Source: an uncultured delta proteobacterium
GTDB taxonomy: Bacteria; Myxococcota_A; Polyangia; Polyangiales; Polyangiaceae
Assembly: GCA_963782055.1 (NCBI GenBank)
Contig: CAWAIF010000003.1
Location: 704,001 to 768,000, forward strand
DNA length: 64,000 nucleotides
Direction: 5' to 3'
Positions 52,748-63,306 of this stretch are shown here, piece after piece. Positions within the stretch are counted from its first letter, which is position 1. Each line of letters opens with the position of its first letter. The translations under genes were made by a program, and so were the position numbers. The notes under the pieces are model-generated. The model saw only the letters and a program-made list of their open reading frames with translations, was not told the DNA's origin and searched no databases.

Positions 52748-52850
52748 AGCTCTCCCCCCTTCCTCACCCCCCCGGCCCCCCTCTCCCTACGAGGGAGAGG
52801 GGGGGGAGAAGAGGGGGAGAGAGGGGGAGGAGATTAGGGGGAGGGAGAAG
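52748..52850. repeat. Polypyrimidine/polypurine palindromic element (REP-like hairpin)
   Basis: C/T tract followed by G/A tract, with a CCCTCTCCC..GGGAGAGGG core stem just downstream of glgC. Confidence 0.6.
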
Positions 52851-52860
52851 GTCAAGGGCG

Positions 52861-54126
52861 TCACTTCACCGCGTCGAGCTTGGCGCGCTTCGGGATGACC
52901 ACCAGCCCGTTGTCGGAGACGAAGAACCGCCGCCGGTCCGCCTCGCGGTCGTAGCCGATGACCGTGTTGGGCGGGATCTCCACGTCCTTGTCGATGACGC
53001 ACTTGCGGATGCGCGCGTGGCGGCCGATGCGCACCCGCTCGAAGAGCACGCTCTCCTCCACCTCGCTGAAGGAGTTGATGCGGCAGCCGATGCCGAGCAC
53101 GCACCGGTGGATGCGGCCGCCGGAGATGATGCACCCGTCGGCGACGAGCGAGTCGGTCGCGATGCCCACGCGCGCCTGCGCCTCCTCGCGGAAGACGAAC
53201 TTCGCCGGGGGCTCGTGCGTCATGCCCGTGCGGATGGGCCAGCGGCTATTGTAGAGGTTGAACGCCGGCTGGATGGCGATGAGGTCCATCTGCGCCTCCC
53301 AGTACGCCTCCAGCGTGCCGATGTCGCGCCAGTAGCCGCGCCCCGCGCCCGTCGGCTCCTCGCCGGGGACCAGGTTGTTCGCGAAGTCGTACGCGTAGAC
53401 CGCGTGCCCCTCCTTCACCATCGTCGGCATGATGTTGTGACCGAAGTCGTGCTTCGACTCCTCGCGCCCTGCGTCCGCCTCCAGCGCGGAGAGCAGGAGG
53501 TCGGTGTGGAAGATGTAGTTGCCCATCGACGCGAGGCACATGTCGGGGCGGCCGGGCATGCTCGGCGGGTCCGCCACCTTCTCGTGGAAGGCGAGCACCC
53601 GGCCGGCCTCGTCGATCTCCAGCACGCCGAAGTCGCGCGCCGTCTTCTTCGGCACCGGGATGGCGGCGATGGTCGCGTCCGCGCCCGACTTCTGGTGGAA
53701 GTCGATCATCTGCCGGACGTCCATCTTGTAGACGTGGTCGCCCCCGAAGATGATGACCAGCTCCGGCTTCTCGTCGGTGATGACGTGCTGGCACTGGTAG
53801 ACCGCGTCGGCCGACCCGCGGAACCACGACTTGCCCGTGCGCTGCTGCGCGGGGATCGCCTCGATGAACTGGTCGAGCATGGGCGAGAGGCGCCACACGC
53901 GCGCGATGTGCTCCTCCAGCGAGGCGCTCTTGTACTGCGTCAGGATCTTGATGCGGGCGAGCCCGGAGTTGACGAAGTTGGAGAGGACGATGTCGATGAT
54001 GCGGTACCGCCCGCCGAACGGCACGGCCGGCTTGGCGCGGTCCAGCGTGAGCGGGTACAGCCGCTTCCCCTCGCCGCCCGCGAGGATCATGACGAGCAGC
54101 TGGCTCGGCTCGAAGGTGGACGGCAT
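52861..54126 (-). CDS. glgC: Glucose-1-phosphate adenylyltransferase
   Basis: [65 protein letters not shown], left-handed beta-helix C-terminus. Confidence 0.97.
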   Translation of the reverse strand: MPSTFEPSQLLVMILAGGEGKRLYPLTLDRAKPAVPFGGRYRIIDIVLSNFVNSGLARIKILTQYKSASLEEHIARVWRLSPMLDQFIEAIPAQQRTGKSWFRGSADAVYQCQHVITDEKPELVIIFGGDHVYKMDVRQMIDFHQKSGADATIAAIPVPKKTARDFGVLEIDEAGRVLAFHEKVADPPSMPGRPDMCLASMGNYIFHTDLLLSALEADAGREESKHDFGHNIMPTMVKEGHAVYAYDFANNLVPGEEPTGAGRGYWRDIGTLEAYWEAQMDLIAIQPAFNLYNSRWPIRTGMTHEPPAKFVFREEAQARVGIATDSLVADGCIISGGRIHRCVLGIGCRINSFSEVEESVLFERVRIGRHARIRKCVIDKDVEIPPNTVIGYDREADRRRFFVSDNGLVVIPKRAKLDAVK

Positions 54127-54201
54127 GGCCCGCATGGTAACGAAACCAGACGGATTTGTGTCCATTCGCCGCGGGATTGTCACGTCCGCTACAATGCACC
54201 C

Positions 54202-55032
54202 ATGGCCCGGCCCGTCCTGCGCGAGGTGAAGGCGATCGCCCCCGACGCGATCGCCCCGCGTCCCGCGGCGGTGCACGAGGTGCTGGACGCCGCCGCGGCC
54301 TGCGCGCGCGCCGGCGTGACGGGCGCGATGGCCACCGTCCTGTCACGCCACGGGTCCGCGCCGTCGACACCTGGGCAGAAGCTGTTTCTCTCCGCGGCCG
54401 GCGAGTGCGTCGGCACCATCGGCGGCGGCGCCGTGGAGCGCGAGGTGATCGCGGCGCTGCGCGCGCTGGTCGAGGACCCCTCCCCACGCCACGCGGTGCG
54501 CAGCTTCCGCCTCGGCGCGGAGCTGGGCATGTGCTGCGGGGGCGGCGTGGACGTCCTGCTCGAGCCGCTCGCCGGGCTGGTGCCTTGCCTGCTCGTGGGC
54601 GGCGGCCACGTCGCCACAGCGACCGCGCCGCTGCTCGCGCGCGTGGGCTTCGCGGTGACGGTGGTGGACGCGCGCGACGCGTGGGGCGAGGAGGGCCGCA
54701 TCCCCGGCGTGCGGACGGTGGTCGGCGACTACGACGACGTCGCGCGCGACTGGCCGGCCGGCGCGGTGGTGCTGGTGATGACCCACGATCACGCCCTCGA
54801 TCAGCAGGCCGTCGAGTGGGCGCTGCGCCGCGGCTTCGTGTACGTGGGGGGCATCGGCAGCAAGGCAAAGGCGCAGCGGACGCGCGACAGGCTGGAGGCG
54901 AAGGGCTTCTCCGCCGAGGACCGCGACCGCGTCCGGATGCCCATCGGCCTGGCCGTCGGGGCGCGATTGCCCGAGGAGATCGCCGTCGCCATCGCCGCCG
55001 AGATGGTGGCCTGGCGCCGCTCTCGCCCCTGA
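54202..55032 (+). CDS. xdhC: XdhC/CoxI-family Moco insertion chaperone
   Basis: [52 protein letters not shown]...[11 protein letters not shown]. Confidence 0.9.
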   Translation: MARPVLREVKAIAPDAIAPRPAAVHEVLDAAAACARAGVTGAMATVLSRHGSAPSTPGQKLFLSAAGECVGTIGGGAVEREVIAALRALVEDPSPRHAVRSFRLGAELGMCCGGGVDVLLEPLAGLVPCLLVGGGHVATATAPLLARVGFAVTVVDARDAWGEEGRIPGVRTVVGDYDDVARDWPAGAVVLVMTHDHALDQQAVEWALRRGFVYVGGIGSKAKAQRTRDRLEAKGFSAEDRDRVRMPIGLAVGARLPEEIAVAIAAEMVAWRRSRP

Positions 55033-55132
55033 TCTCTCCGCGTGACGCGATGCGACATGCGAACCCCCGTTGTCGGCCACCCGGGAGCGGGACTAGATTC
55101 AGCGCCCACGCTCGCATGCAAGGAGACTCCCC

Positions 55133-56245
55133 GTGATCATCGGCGTACCCAAAGAGATCAAGACCCGTGAGTACCGCGTTGGAATGACCCCCGCCGGGGT
55201 CCGCAGCCTCACGGCGCGCGGGCACAAGGTGCTGGTGGAGAAGAGCGCAGGGGAGGGCAGCGGCATCAAGGACGCGGAGTACGTCGCCGCCGGCGCGAGC
55301 ATCGTGCCGACCGCCGCCGACGCCTGGGGCGCCGAGATGGTGGTGAAGGTCAAGGAGCCGCTGAAGACCGAGTTCGGCTTCTTCCGCGAGAACCTCATCC
55401 TCTACACGTACCTGCACCTCGCCGCGGAGCCGGAGCTCACCAAGGAGCTGGTCAATAAGAAGGTGCACGGCGTCGCGTACGAGACCATCCAGAACCCCGA
55501 CGGGACGCTGCCGCTGCTCCGCCCCATGAGCGAGGTCGCCGGTCGCATGGCCGTGCAGGTCGGCGCGACGTGTCTGGAGAAGGAGCGGGGCGGCAAGGGC
55601 GTGCTCCTCGGCGGCGTGCCGGGCACCCGCCGCGGCCGCGTCGTCATCCTCGGCGGCGGCGTGGTCGGTCGCAACGCGGCCACCATCGCCATCGGCATGG
55701 GCGCGCTGGTGGCGGTGCTCGACGTCCGCGCCGAGACCATGGCGTACCTCGAGGACGTCTTCGGCGGCGCAGTGGAGACCCTCTACTCCAACCCGACCAA
55801 CGTCGAGCAGCAGGTGGCGCGCGCCGACCTCGTCATCGGCGGGGTGCTGGTGACCGGCGCCGCCGCGCCGAAGCTCGTCACGCGGGAGCTCATCGGCAAG
55901 ATGGAGAAGGGGTCGGTCGTCGTGGACGTCGCCGTCGACCAGGGCGGCTGCATCGAGACCTGCCGGCCGACCTCGCACGACAACCCCACCTACGAGGTGG
56001 ACGGCGTGGTGCACTACTGCGTGGCCAACATGCCCGGAGCCGTCCCGCAGACGAGCACCTGGGCGCTGACCAACACCACCATCTCCTACGCCGTGCGCAT
56101 CGCCACCATGGGTCTGGTCAAGGCGGCCAAGGCGGATCGCGCGCTGCTCCTGGGCATCAACACCTACGCCGGCAACGTCACCTACGAGGGCGTCGCCCAG
56201 GCCACGAGCACCGAGTTCGTGCCCATCGAGAAGGTGCTCGGCTAG
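55133..56245 (+). CDS. ald: Alanine dehydrogenase
   Basis: [61 protein letters not shown]. Confidence 0.97.
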   Translation: MIIGVPKEIKTREYRVGMTPAGVRSLTARGHKVLVEKSAGEGSGIKDAEYVAAGASIVPTAADAWGAEMVVKVKEPLKTEFGFFRENLILYTYLHLAAEPELTKELVNKKVHGVAYETIQNPDGTLPLLRPMSEVAGRMAVQVGATCLEKERGGKGVLLGGVPGTRRGRVVILGGGVVGRNAATIAIGMGALVAVLDVRAETMAYLEDVFGGAVETLYSNPTNVEQQVARADLVIGGVLVTGAAAPKLVTRELIGKMEKGSVVVDVAVDQGGCIETCRPTSHDNPTYEVDGVVHYCVANMPGAVPQTSTWALTNTTISYAVRIATMGLVKAAKADRALLLGINTYAGNVTYEGVAQATSTEFVPIEKVLG

Positions 56246-56283
56246 GGCGGGGATCGTCCGCGCCGCCCGCACGTAAGAAGGGC

Positions 56284-57339
56284 ATGCGCGGCCTCGTCGT
56301 TCTAGCGGCGCTCGCCCTCGCGGCGTGTAGCCGTCCCGCGCCCTCCGGTGGCGAGGGGGCTCCGGCCTCGATGTCCGCGGCGCGCGGCGAGACCATGACG
56401 ATCCCGTCGGTCGCCACGCCGCCTCCGGGCAAGCCCGCCGCGCCCCCTCCCGGTGTCCGCCTTCCCCCGGGCGCGGTCGTGCTCCGACCGCCGCAGCCGC
56501 ACGGCGTCTTCGGCCCCGTCGTCGACGGCCCGACGATCTACTACACCGACGGCGCGGGCAACGTCTGGGCCCAAGCCAAGGACGGCTCCGGCCGCCCGCG
56601 CTCCCTCTGGAGCGGCAGGCGGGGCCACGCCATGTCCCTCGTCCTCGCCCGCGACCAGGTCTACTTCGGCGTGACGCCGGCGAACCGGCAGCAGGACAAG
56701 CCTCGCATCGTGCGAGTCCCGAAGACCGGTGGCGCCGCCGTCACCGTCACCGAGACGCCCGACGACGTCATCAACCTGGTGAGCGATGGCGACCATCTGT
56801 ACTTCTCCCTCTTCGACGGCTCGCCCCTGCGCAAGGTGCCGCTCGCAGGAGGGCCGAGCACCATCGTGCGCGCGCCCGGCATCAAGCAGGGCGCCATCGC
56901 CGTCGACGACCGTTACCTCTATGTGACCGACTACCTCCGTAACCTCGTCGTTCGCGCGCCGAAGACACGCGGCGGCGCCGAGCACGTGCTGGCCGCGCGT
57001 CAGCCGAGGCCGGTGGGCATCGCCCTCGACGAGACCTACGTCTACTTCCCGTGCGAAAAGGACGGCAGCATCCGCCGCGTACCCAAGGCGGGCGGCGCGG
57101 TGAAGACGATAGCCACCGGGCAGATCAACCAGGACGACATCACCGTGGGCGAGACCTTCGTCTACTGGGCGAGCTGGGACCGGCGGCCGACGCTGCGCCG
57201 CACCCGCAAGGACGGCTCGCAGCCGCAGCCCGACGACCTGCTCACCGATCTGAAGGACCCCGAGGCCATCGCCCTGGACGGACAGAGGGTCTACGTGACC
57301 AACAAGGGCGACAGCGACATCATCGGCATCCCCCGCTGA
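56284..57339 (+). CDS. Beta-propeller (DUF5050/LDLR-like repeat) lipoprotein
   Basis: LAAC lipobox; repeated IA.D...(L/V)Y...I.RVPK.GG units. Confidence 0.75.
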   Translation: MRGLVVLAALALAACSRPAPSGGEGAPASMSAARGETMTIPSVATPPPGKPAAPPPGVRLPPGAVVLRPPQPHGVFGPVVDGPTIYYTDGAGNVWAQAKDGSGRPRSLWSGRRGHAMSLVLARDQVYFGVTPANRQQDKPRIVRVPKTGGAAVTVTETPDDVINLVSDGDHLYFSLFDGSPLRKVPLAGGPSTIVRAPGIKQGAIAVDDRYLYVTDYLRNLVVRAPKTRGGAEHVLAARQPRPVGIALDETYVYFPCEKDGSIRRVPKAGGAVKTIATGQINQDDITVGETFVYWASWDRRPTLRRTRKDGSQPQPDDLLTDLKDPEAIALDGQRVYVTNKGDSDIIGIPR

Positions 57340-57352
57340 AGACAGCCGCGCA

Positions 57353-58696
57353 TCAAGGGCAGAGGGGCTGCCCCGCGCCGGCCTTGTAGGCCTTCACCTT
57401 GGCGATGAAGTTGCCGCCGTCGGACTCCGCCGTCGTCTGGTCGCCCGCGCCCGCGCCGAAGGCGAGGCCGATCGCGTGGGCGGCGGCGACCTCGTCCATG
57501 TGGGCGAAGAAGTAGTCCACGCGGTTGTCCTTCCAGTGGTTGGCCGTCTGGTTCTGGCTCATGTTCCCGTACGGGATCTGCCAGTAGATCGCCGGCTTGC
57601 CGAGCGCCTCGGTGAGCGCCTTCACCCACGCCAGGTCCTGGTGGAAGGTCGGCAGCTTCTGGTTGGTGTCGTCCCACCAGCGGTTCTGCCCGATGGACTG
57701 GTAGTAGCCGGCGTCGCGGTCGCTCGCCTCCACCACCACGAAGTCGGCGTCCTTCTCCCCGGCCGCCGACAGGAACGTCGCGAGCTTCTTCGCCTCGCCC
57801 GCGACGTCGAACTTCGGGTTGGTGTTCATCGCGACGTCCATGTTGGTGCCCCACGCGGAGGCGTGCAGGCCGACCTTCGCGTTGGGCGCGTACTTGCGCA
57901 CCATCGCGATCATGCACTGCCCGAACCCGGCGAGCGTGTTCTCCATCCCGCCGCAGTCGGTCGCGTTGGCGGAGGCGACCGCGCTGGGGATGGAGTGCGG
58001 GTCCGCTCCGCCCTGCTCGGCGTACCCCCAGAAGTCCGGCTCGATGTGCAGGAGCGCGACGTCCTTGCCGATCTGCTTCAGCAAGAACCGCCAGTCCGCG
58101 TAGTAGCGCGCCATGTAGGTGGCGTCGCTGGTCTGCGTCACCTCTGGCGAGCCCTCCTTGACGCCGCTCGACTGCAGCACCGTGTAGTAGGTGAACATCG
58201 GGATCTGCCCCGCGCCCTTCGCGGTGGAGACGAAGGCGCGCGCGTAGCCGCCGGGCGGGTCCTTGTCGTACTGCCAGCAGCCCCACCACCCGCAGCCGCC
58301 GGCGTTGTTGGCGCAGCTCTGCCCCTTGGACGTGCAGCCGCTCGCGCAGCTCGTGCAAGGGCCGGCGCCGTCGGCGAAGTTGCCGGAGATGTAGATGTAG
58401 CGGAGGTCGATCGGCGTGCTCGACGCCGTCGCGTCCTGCATCGTCCCGCCGACGAGCAGCTTGCTCTTGCCCAGCCCGCCCAGGAGCGACGAGCCCAGGC
58501 ACGACTCCACCGCGCCGTCGCCCTGCGTGCCGCCGCCGTCGTTTCCGCCGCCGCCGTCGGTCTGCGCGTTGCCGCCGTCGCCCGCCGGCGCCCCGCCGTC
58601 CGGCCCCGCATGCGTGGTGTCGTCGCCGCAGCCGCCGCAGCTCGCGGCGACGCAGGCCGCCACGAGCATCGCCCCGAAGGTACCGACCTTGCGCAT
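57353..58696 (-). CDS. Lipoprotein, putative TIM-barrel glycoside hydrolase of unassigned family
   Basis: AASC signal, DGG linker; RYIYIS, PMFTYY, LHIEPDFWGY, SDRDAGYY, YWQIPYGN, DNRVDYFF. Confidence 0.65.
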   Translation of the reverse strand: MRKVGTFGAMLVAACVAASCGGCGDDTTHAGPDGGAPAGDGGNAQTDGGGGNDGGGTQGDGAVESCLGSSLLGGLGKSKLLVGGTMQDATASSTPIDLRYIYISGNFADGAGPCTSCASGCTSKGQSCANNAGGCGWWGCWQYDKDPPGGYARAFVSTAKGAGQIPMFTYYTVLQSSGVKEGSPEVTQTSDATYMARYYADWRFLLKQIGKDVALLHIEPDFWGYAEQGGADPHSIPSAVASANATDCGGMENTLAGFGQCMIAMVRKYAPNAKVGLHASAWGTNMDVAMNTNPKFDVAGEAKKLATFLSAAGEKDADFVVVEASDRDAGYYQSIGQNRWWDDTNQKLPTFHQDLAWVKALTEALGKPAIYWQIPYGNMSQNQTANHWKDNRVDYFFAHMDEVAAAHAIGLAFGAGAGDQTTAESDGGNFIAKVKAYKAGAGQPLCP

Positions 58697-58815
58697 GCGT
58701 CCGATTGTAGCTCCCCGCGGTCCTGGAAGAGACGGGGAAGGAGCTCCGACGCACGATCTGCCAGCCGGCACACACGAGCGTACCCTCCTCTGACCTCTTG
58801 CGCCTTCCCCCTTGA

Positions 58816-59897
58816 GCGGGCAACGGCAACACCACGACCGTCGACATCTCCGCCGTCTACAACGGCGACATGCAGATGTTCGTCACCGGCGGCGACGGCG
58901 TCCCCAACGGCGACGGAACCTCCGGCATGCTCGGCTCGGTGGCCGAGGACGTCGTGCCGTATGCCGATCCGCGCAACGTCGGGCAGACCATCGACTACGC
59001 CGCCCCGGCGAACGCGGATCTCTACGCGCGTGGCCTGCGTGTCGGCTATACGCCCCTGACGATCACGACGCGCGCGACGCTTCCGCACGGCGGAGTACTC
59101 GGTCCTGTGCTGTCACAGGGCACGCTGCGGCTGGACCCGTCGGTGATCCTCGTGCCGGTGCAGGTGGTCGTCGTCTGGAGCGACGATGACGCGGTGGACC
59201 CGCTGCTCCGGACCTTGCCGGCGCAGCTCAACGTGTGGGACCAGTGGCAGCCGGTCAGCAACCCGTTCCACGGGTCCGACCAGGGAGACCTCACGGTCAG
59301 CTCTCGCACCCTGGACCTGTGGATGGATCGCAAGACGCTCAGCGGGTGGAATGGCTTGCCCTACAGCGCGTACAGCAGAAGCTACGTGGATGAACAGGGG
59401 AGCTTCACGGGATACTTCACGCCCGATTCGATCTGGCAGTCGTGCGGCGTGCAGTTCCGGCTCGTCAACTTCCTGCGGATGCACGTCGATCGCCTCCACA
59501 ACAAGGTGAGCAACCTCACCCCGGGCGAACCGTGCAACGACCTGCTCTCCATGGCCGGTCAGCTCTCCGGCTTCCTCTCCGAGGTCCCCACCGTCATCTT
59601 CACGCGCACGTATTCGGGCCAAGGCGGCGCCATCGGCGGCGATACGTTCGGCCAGACGATCGATCTCGGTGGCACCCAGCCGGTGAGCTGCTTGACGTGG
59701 TACGCCTCCGGACCGCCGGCGGTCCTGGCGCACGAAGTGGGTCACTGGACGGGCGCGCTGATTGTCCTTCCGGCTGCAGCAGCCCTTCTTGCCACATGAT
59801 GTGCTCGACCAACGTCCGGCCGCCGCCCAGCGCGAGCGAGTGCAACGCCATGCACAGCTGGGCGTCCAGCAATTTCGCGACCTTCTTCCCGCACTGA
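58816..59897 (+). pseudogene. 5'-truncated, frameshifted HEXXH metallopeptidase-like gene
   Basis: Coding-like frame begins right after a TGA (58813-58815) with no start codon or signal peptide; IWQSCGVQFRL, LAHEVGHWTG, then a frameshift near 59755 into ADCPSGC..CHMMC..TGA at 59897. Confidence 0.6.
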
Positions 59898-59901
59898 TCC
59901 C

Positions 59902-60906
59902 ATGCGTCGCATCTTCCTCGGTATGGTCGCGCTCGTGCTCGTCTCCCGCTGCGGGGGAGAGGTGGCGGGACCGCCCATCCCGCCCTCCGCGACCGACTTC
60001 CCGCCGCCCGAGGCCGGTGCCGTCCCGTACGATCCTGCGATTGGCGCGCTGGGTACCGTCCCCGGTGGGGTGGCGTACATCGGTTGGTGGCAGATGGATG
60101 CTCACTTTGGCTCCGACGGCTACACAATGGACGGGTTCACCCTCTCTCCGCGGGCGTGCTCGCCCGCCTTCATGGAGCACGCCAGGGTCATCGTGGCGCC
60201 CTTTCGACTCATGATCACCGAGGTGACCAACGCGGCCTATGCGCGCTGTGTGAACGAAGGCGCGTGTGGCGCCCCTCAGCTCGGGGACGACGCGGTGCAC
60301 TTTCCGAATATCCGGCCGCCGTGGGATGCTCCTGGAGAGGCACGCAAGCCCGTGGCCGTTTCGTGGCGGCAGGCGCGAGCGTTCTGCCGGCACTACGGCG
60401 GCGATCTCCCGACGCCCGGGCAGTTCGCGCGGGCGAGCGATCCGGACACCGACAGCCCGGGGATCCCATCCATGATCGGGCTGCTGCAAGACTGCTACGC
60501 CCACCCCGCCGAGTCCCCGGAGTGCGAGCACGTCGGGCATCCGGCGGACGCTCCGCAGCAGGGCGCGCCCACCCTGACGAACGGCGGCCTGCTCCTCGAC
60601 GTGGGGTCCTTTCCGCAGGACACCGGGCCCTTCGGCCAACAGGATCTGTTCGCCAACGCCGCGGAGTGGGAGCGCGCGGGCGTACCGGCGGTCGTCTTGG
60701 ACGCGTGCACGTGGCCGCTCTACGATCACGATGTCTATCCGCCGCCGGAGCAGCCGCCGCATGGTTTCACCTACTTCCCTCCGGGTACCCTCTCCAACGG
60801 GGATGTGTTGCCCGACTACGAAGCCACCGATGGCGACCTGGGGACGGCGATCACCGGGTTCCGCTGCGCGTTCCCTGTTCCGGACACCGGCGGAGGCTCC
60901 CCGTGA
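59902..60906 (+). CDS. FGE/SUMF1 (C-type lectin fold) domain secreted protein
   Basis: TEVTNAAYARCV..GAC, PV.VSWRQARAFC..GGDLPT, SFP..GPFG..DLFANAAEW, GFRCA; N-terminal signal with Cys. Confidence 0.8.
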   Translation: MRRIFLGMVALVLVSRCGGEVAGPPIPPSATDFPPPEAGAVPYDPAIGALGTVPGGVAYIGWWQMDAHFGSDGYTMDGFTLSPRACSPAFMEHARVIVAPFRLMITEVTNAAYARCVNEGACGAPQLGDDAVHFPNIRPPWDAPGEARKPVAVSWRQARAFCRHYGGDLPTPGQFARASDPDTDSPGIPSMIGLLQDCYAHPAESPECEHVGHPADAPQQGAPTLTNGGLLLDVGSFPQDTGPFGQQDLFANAAEWERAGVPAVVLDACTWPLYDHDVYPPPEQPPHGFTYFPPGTLSNGDVLPDYEATDGDLGTAITGFRCAFPVPDTGGGSP

Positions 60907-61304
60907 CGCGCCTCTCGGTCCTGCTCCTCGCCGCCACCCTCGCGGGCTGCGGAGGTACCGTCTCCGTTCCCCCGGACGGGCGCACCGACGCCGCCGTCAC
61001 CGGGGACGCCGCGCCCGACGCGAGCACCGCTCCTGACGCGGGGACGTGCGCGCCCTTCCTCCGCCCGCCGTCCGACCAGGGGAAGTTCTGCACGCTCGCG
61101 TGCAACCTGGAGTACGCGCGCGATCCGAAACTCTACGACTTCTGCACGATGGAGTGCACCGCCCCCTCCGACTGCCCTGCGGGCTTCGTCTGCCATCCAC
61201 TGCCGGTCCCGACGACCACCATCCATGGCTGCTTCTTCGCATGCGACGCCGGCACGCCGTGCCCCAACCCGCTCAAGTGCGAGAGCGAAGGAGTATGCGA
61301 CTGA
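60903..61304 (+). CDS. Small Cys-rich lipoprotein
   Basis: GTGA overlap; LAGC lipobox, PDAG linker, FCTMEC....DCPAGFVC. Confidence 0.7.
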   Translation: MTRLSVLLLAATLAGCGGTVSVPPDGRTDAAVTGDAAPDASTAPDAGTCAPFLRPPSDQGKFCTLACNLEYARDPKLYDFCTMECTAPSDCPAGFVCHPLPVPTTTIHGCFFACDAGTPCPNPLKCESEGVCD

Positions 61305-61332
61305 GAGGCTCGCACGCACTATCCTGCCGCCC

Positions 61333-62073
61333 GTGAATCGCATCGATCCCGCGCTGGTGAAGGACGTCCGCCTGCTGTGCCTGGACGCGGGCAACACGGT
61401 CATCTTCCTCGACCACGATCGGCTCTCCCGCATCGCGAAGGAGGCGGGCTTCGACGTGCCCGCCTCGCGCCTGGTCGTCACCGAGGGCGAGGCGAAGCGG
61501 CTGACGCGCAGCCCGGCCGACATGGTGGACGTCGCCTGGACCGCGAAGGGCGAGCCCGGCGCCGCCGGCTGGGGCCGCATGATGGCGACCATGTTCGCGC
61601 GCGCCGGCGTGCCGGACGCCGCGCTCCCCGCGCTGGTCGACCGCCTCTGGGCGAGCCACCTGCGCCTCAACCTCTACTCGCGTGTCCCGGACGGCTTCGT
61701 GGACGCGATGGACCGCCTGCGCGCCGCCGGGGTGAAGACGGCGATCGTCTCCAACTCGGAGGGCATGCTCGACCACCTCTTCACCACCCTCGACATCCTG
61801 CAGTGCTTCGACGTGCTGGCCGACAGCGGCAAGCTCGGCGTCGAGAAGCCCGACCCGCGCATCTTCGCGTGGGCGTGCGAGCAGGCGGGCGCCTCCGCCG
61901 CGCAGGCGATCCACCTGGGGGACACGGTCGCCACCGACATCGACGGCGCCCGCGCCGCGGGTCTGCGCTGCGCGCTGGTGGATCCCTACGGCCACTACGA
62001 GGGCCTCTTCCCCGACGTGCCGCGCGTGCCGGGCGTGGTGGAGGTCGCCGACGCCATCATCGAGACCGCCTGA
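61333..62073 (+). CDS. HAD-superfamily hydrolase (IA)
   Basis: LDAGNTV motif I, VSN, GVEKPDPRIF, HLGDT...DIDGARAAG. Confidence 0.9.
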   Translation: MNRIDPALVKDVRLLCLDAGNTVIFLDHDRLSRIAKEAGFDVPASRLVVTEGEAKRLTRSPADMVDVAWTAKGEPGAAGWGRMMATMFARAGVPDAALPALVDRLWASHLRLNLYSRVPDGFVDAMDRLRAAGVKTAIVSNSEGMLDHLFTTLDILQCFDVLADSGKLGVEKPDPRIFAWACEQAGASAAQAIHLGDTVATDIDGARAAGLRCALVDPYGHYEGLFPDVPRVPGVVEVADAIIETA

Positions 62074-62128
62074 CCGCACATACTTCTGGATCGCCCCGGG
62101 GCGCGTCGCCCGTATACTCGCCGGTCCC

Positions 62129-63202
62129 ATGGCCAACCACCTCATCGCGATCATCCCGGGGGACGGCATCGGTCCGGAGGTCGTCGCCCAGGCGACGCGC
62201 CTGCTCGATCTCTATCGCGAGCGGCGCAGCCTGCCGCTCGACCTCTGGCAGCTGGACCTCGGCGCCGACCGCTACCTGAAGGACGGCACCACGTACCCGA
62301 AGGAGGTGCGCGAGCGCATCGAGAAGGAGGCGCGCGCCGTCTTGCTCGGCGCCCTCGGGGACCCGCGCGTCCCCGGCCTGGAGCACGCGCGCGACATCCT
62401 CTTCGGCCTGCGCTTCGGCCTGGACCTCTACGCCAACGTCCGCCCGGTCCGCGCCCTCGCCAATCGTCTGGTGCCGCTCAAGGGCCGCGGCAAGAAGGAC
62501 GTCGACTTCGTCGTCTTCCGCGAGAACACCGAGGGCCTGTACGTCGGGATGGGCGGGCAGTTCAAGCGCGGCACCCCCGACGAGATCGCCATCAACGAGG
62601 ACCTCAACACCCGCAAGGGTGTGGAGCGGCTGATCCGCGCGGGCTTCGAGCACGCGAAGAAGCACGGCAACAAGACGGTGCACATGGCGGACAAGTCCAA
62701 CGCCATGCGCCACGCCCACGAGCTCTGGCACCGCTGCTTCTTCGAGGTGGCGAAGGAGTACCCGGGCATCGAGCCGAAGCACGTCTACGTCGACGCGCTG
62801 TGCCTGTACCTGGTGCAGGATCCCTCACCCTTCGAGGTCGTCGTGACGTGCAACCTCTTCGGCGACATCGTCACCGACCTGGGCGCCGGCCTGCAGGGGG
62901 GCCTGGGCATGGCGGGCAGCGCCAACATCCACGCGTCCGACCCGTCGCGAGTCGCCATGTTCGAGCCGGTGCACGGCTCCGCGCCCCCGCTCGCCGGCAA
63001 GGACCTGGCGAACCCCATCGCCAGCTTCCTCACAGTCGGCATGATGCTCGCGCACCTCGGCTGGCCGGACGAGGAGCGCCGCATCGAGGCGGCGTGCGCC
63101 CGTGCGATCGAGGAGAAGAAGTGCACGCGCGACGCCGGCGGGGAGCTCGGGACGAAGGCGACGGCCGACTGGATCCTGGGCGAGCTCCGCAAGGAGCTGT
63201 GA
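62129..63202 (+). CDS. leuB: 3-isopropylmalate/tartrate dehydrogenase-family enzyme
   Basis: IPGDGIGPEV, LRFGLDLYANVRP, RENTEGLY, DKSNAM, NLFGDIVTD, FEPVHGSAP; substrate assignment tentative. Confidence 0.75.
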   Translation: MANHLIAIIPGDGIGPEVVAQATRLLDLYRERRSLPLDLWQLDLGADRYLKDGTTYPKEVRERIEKEARAVLLGALGDPRVPGLEHARDILFGLRFGLDLYANVRPVRALANRLVPLKGRGKKDVDFVVFRENTEGLYVGMGGQFKRGTPDEIAINEDLNTRKGVERLIRAGFEHAKKHGNKTVHMADKSNAMRHAHELWHRCFFEVAKEYPGIEPKHVYVDALCLYLVQDPSPFEVVVTCNLFGDIVTDLGAGLQGGLGMAGSANIHASDPSRVAMFEPVHGSAPPLAGKDLANPIASFLTVGMMLAHLGWPDEERRIEAACARAIEEKKCTRDAGGELGTKATADWILGELRKEL

Positions 63203-63306
63203 CGACCAGACACCGGCCACACCCCGCTGCGGTCCCCGAGCGGCACGGGTACGCACATGCGACTGAGCTCGGCCGCGGCTGCGCCACGGCGTGCTATGGC
63301 AACGGG

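Noticed and set aside
52400..52860. Possible oriC (DnaA box + IHF-like site in a long intergenic gap)
   Set aside because: Only one good DnaA box, no AT-rich unwinding element and no dnaA/dnaN/gidA context
52644..52898. 84-aa Pro-rich ORF in the intergenic region
   Set aside because: A product of low-complexity C/G tracts, with atypical codon usage, overlapping the glgC end
58813..58815. TGA readthrough/selenocysteine extending the metallopeptidase upstream
   Set aside because: Upstream in-frame sequence is not coding-like and runs into the divergent gene's promoter; no SECIS-like hairpin recognised
59902..60906. DGR target (C-type lectin fold ending GFRCA)
   Set aside because: No reverse transcriptase, no template repeat and no adenine-specific near-duplicate seen in the window
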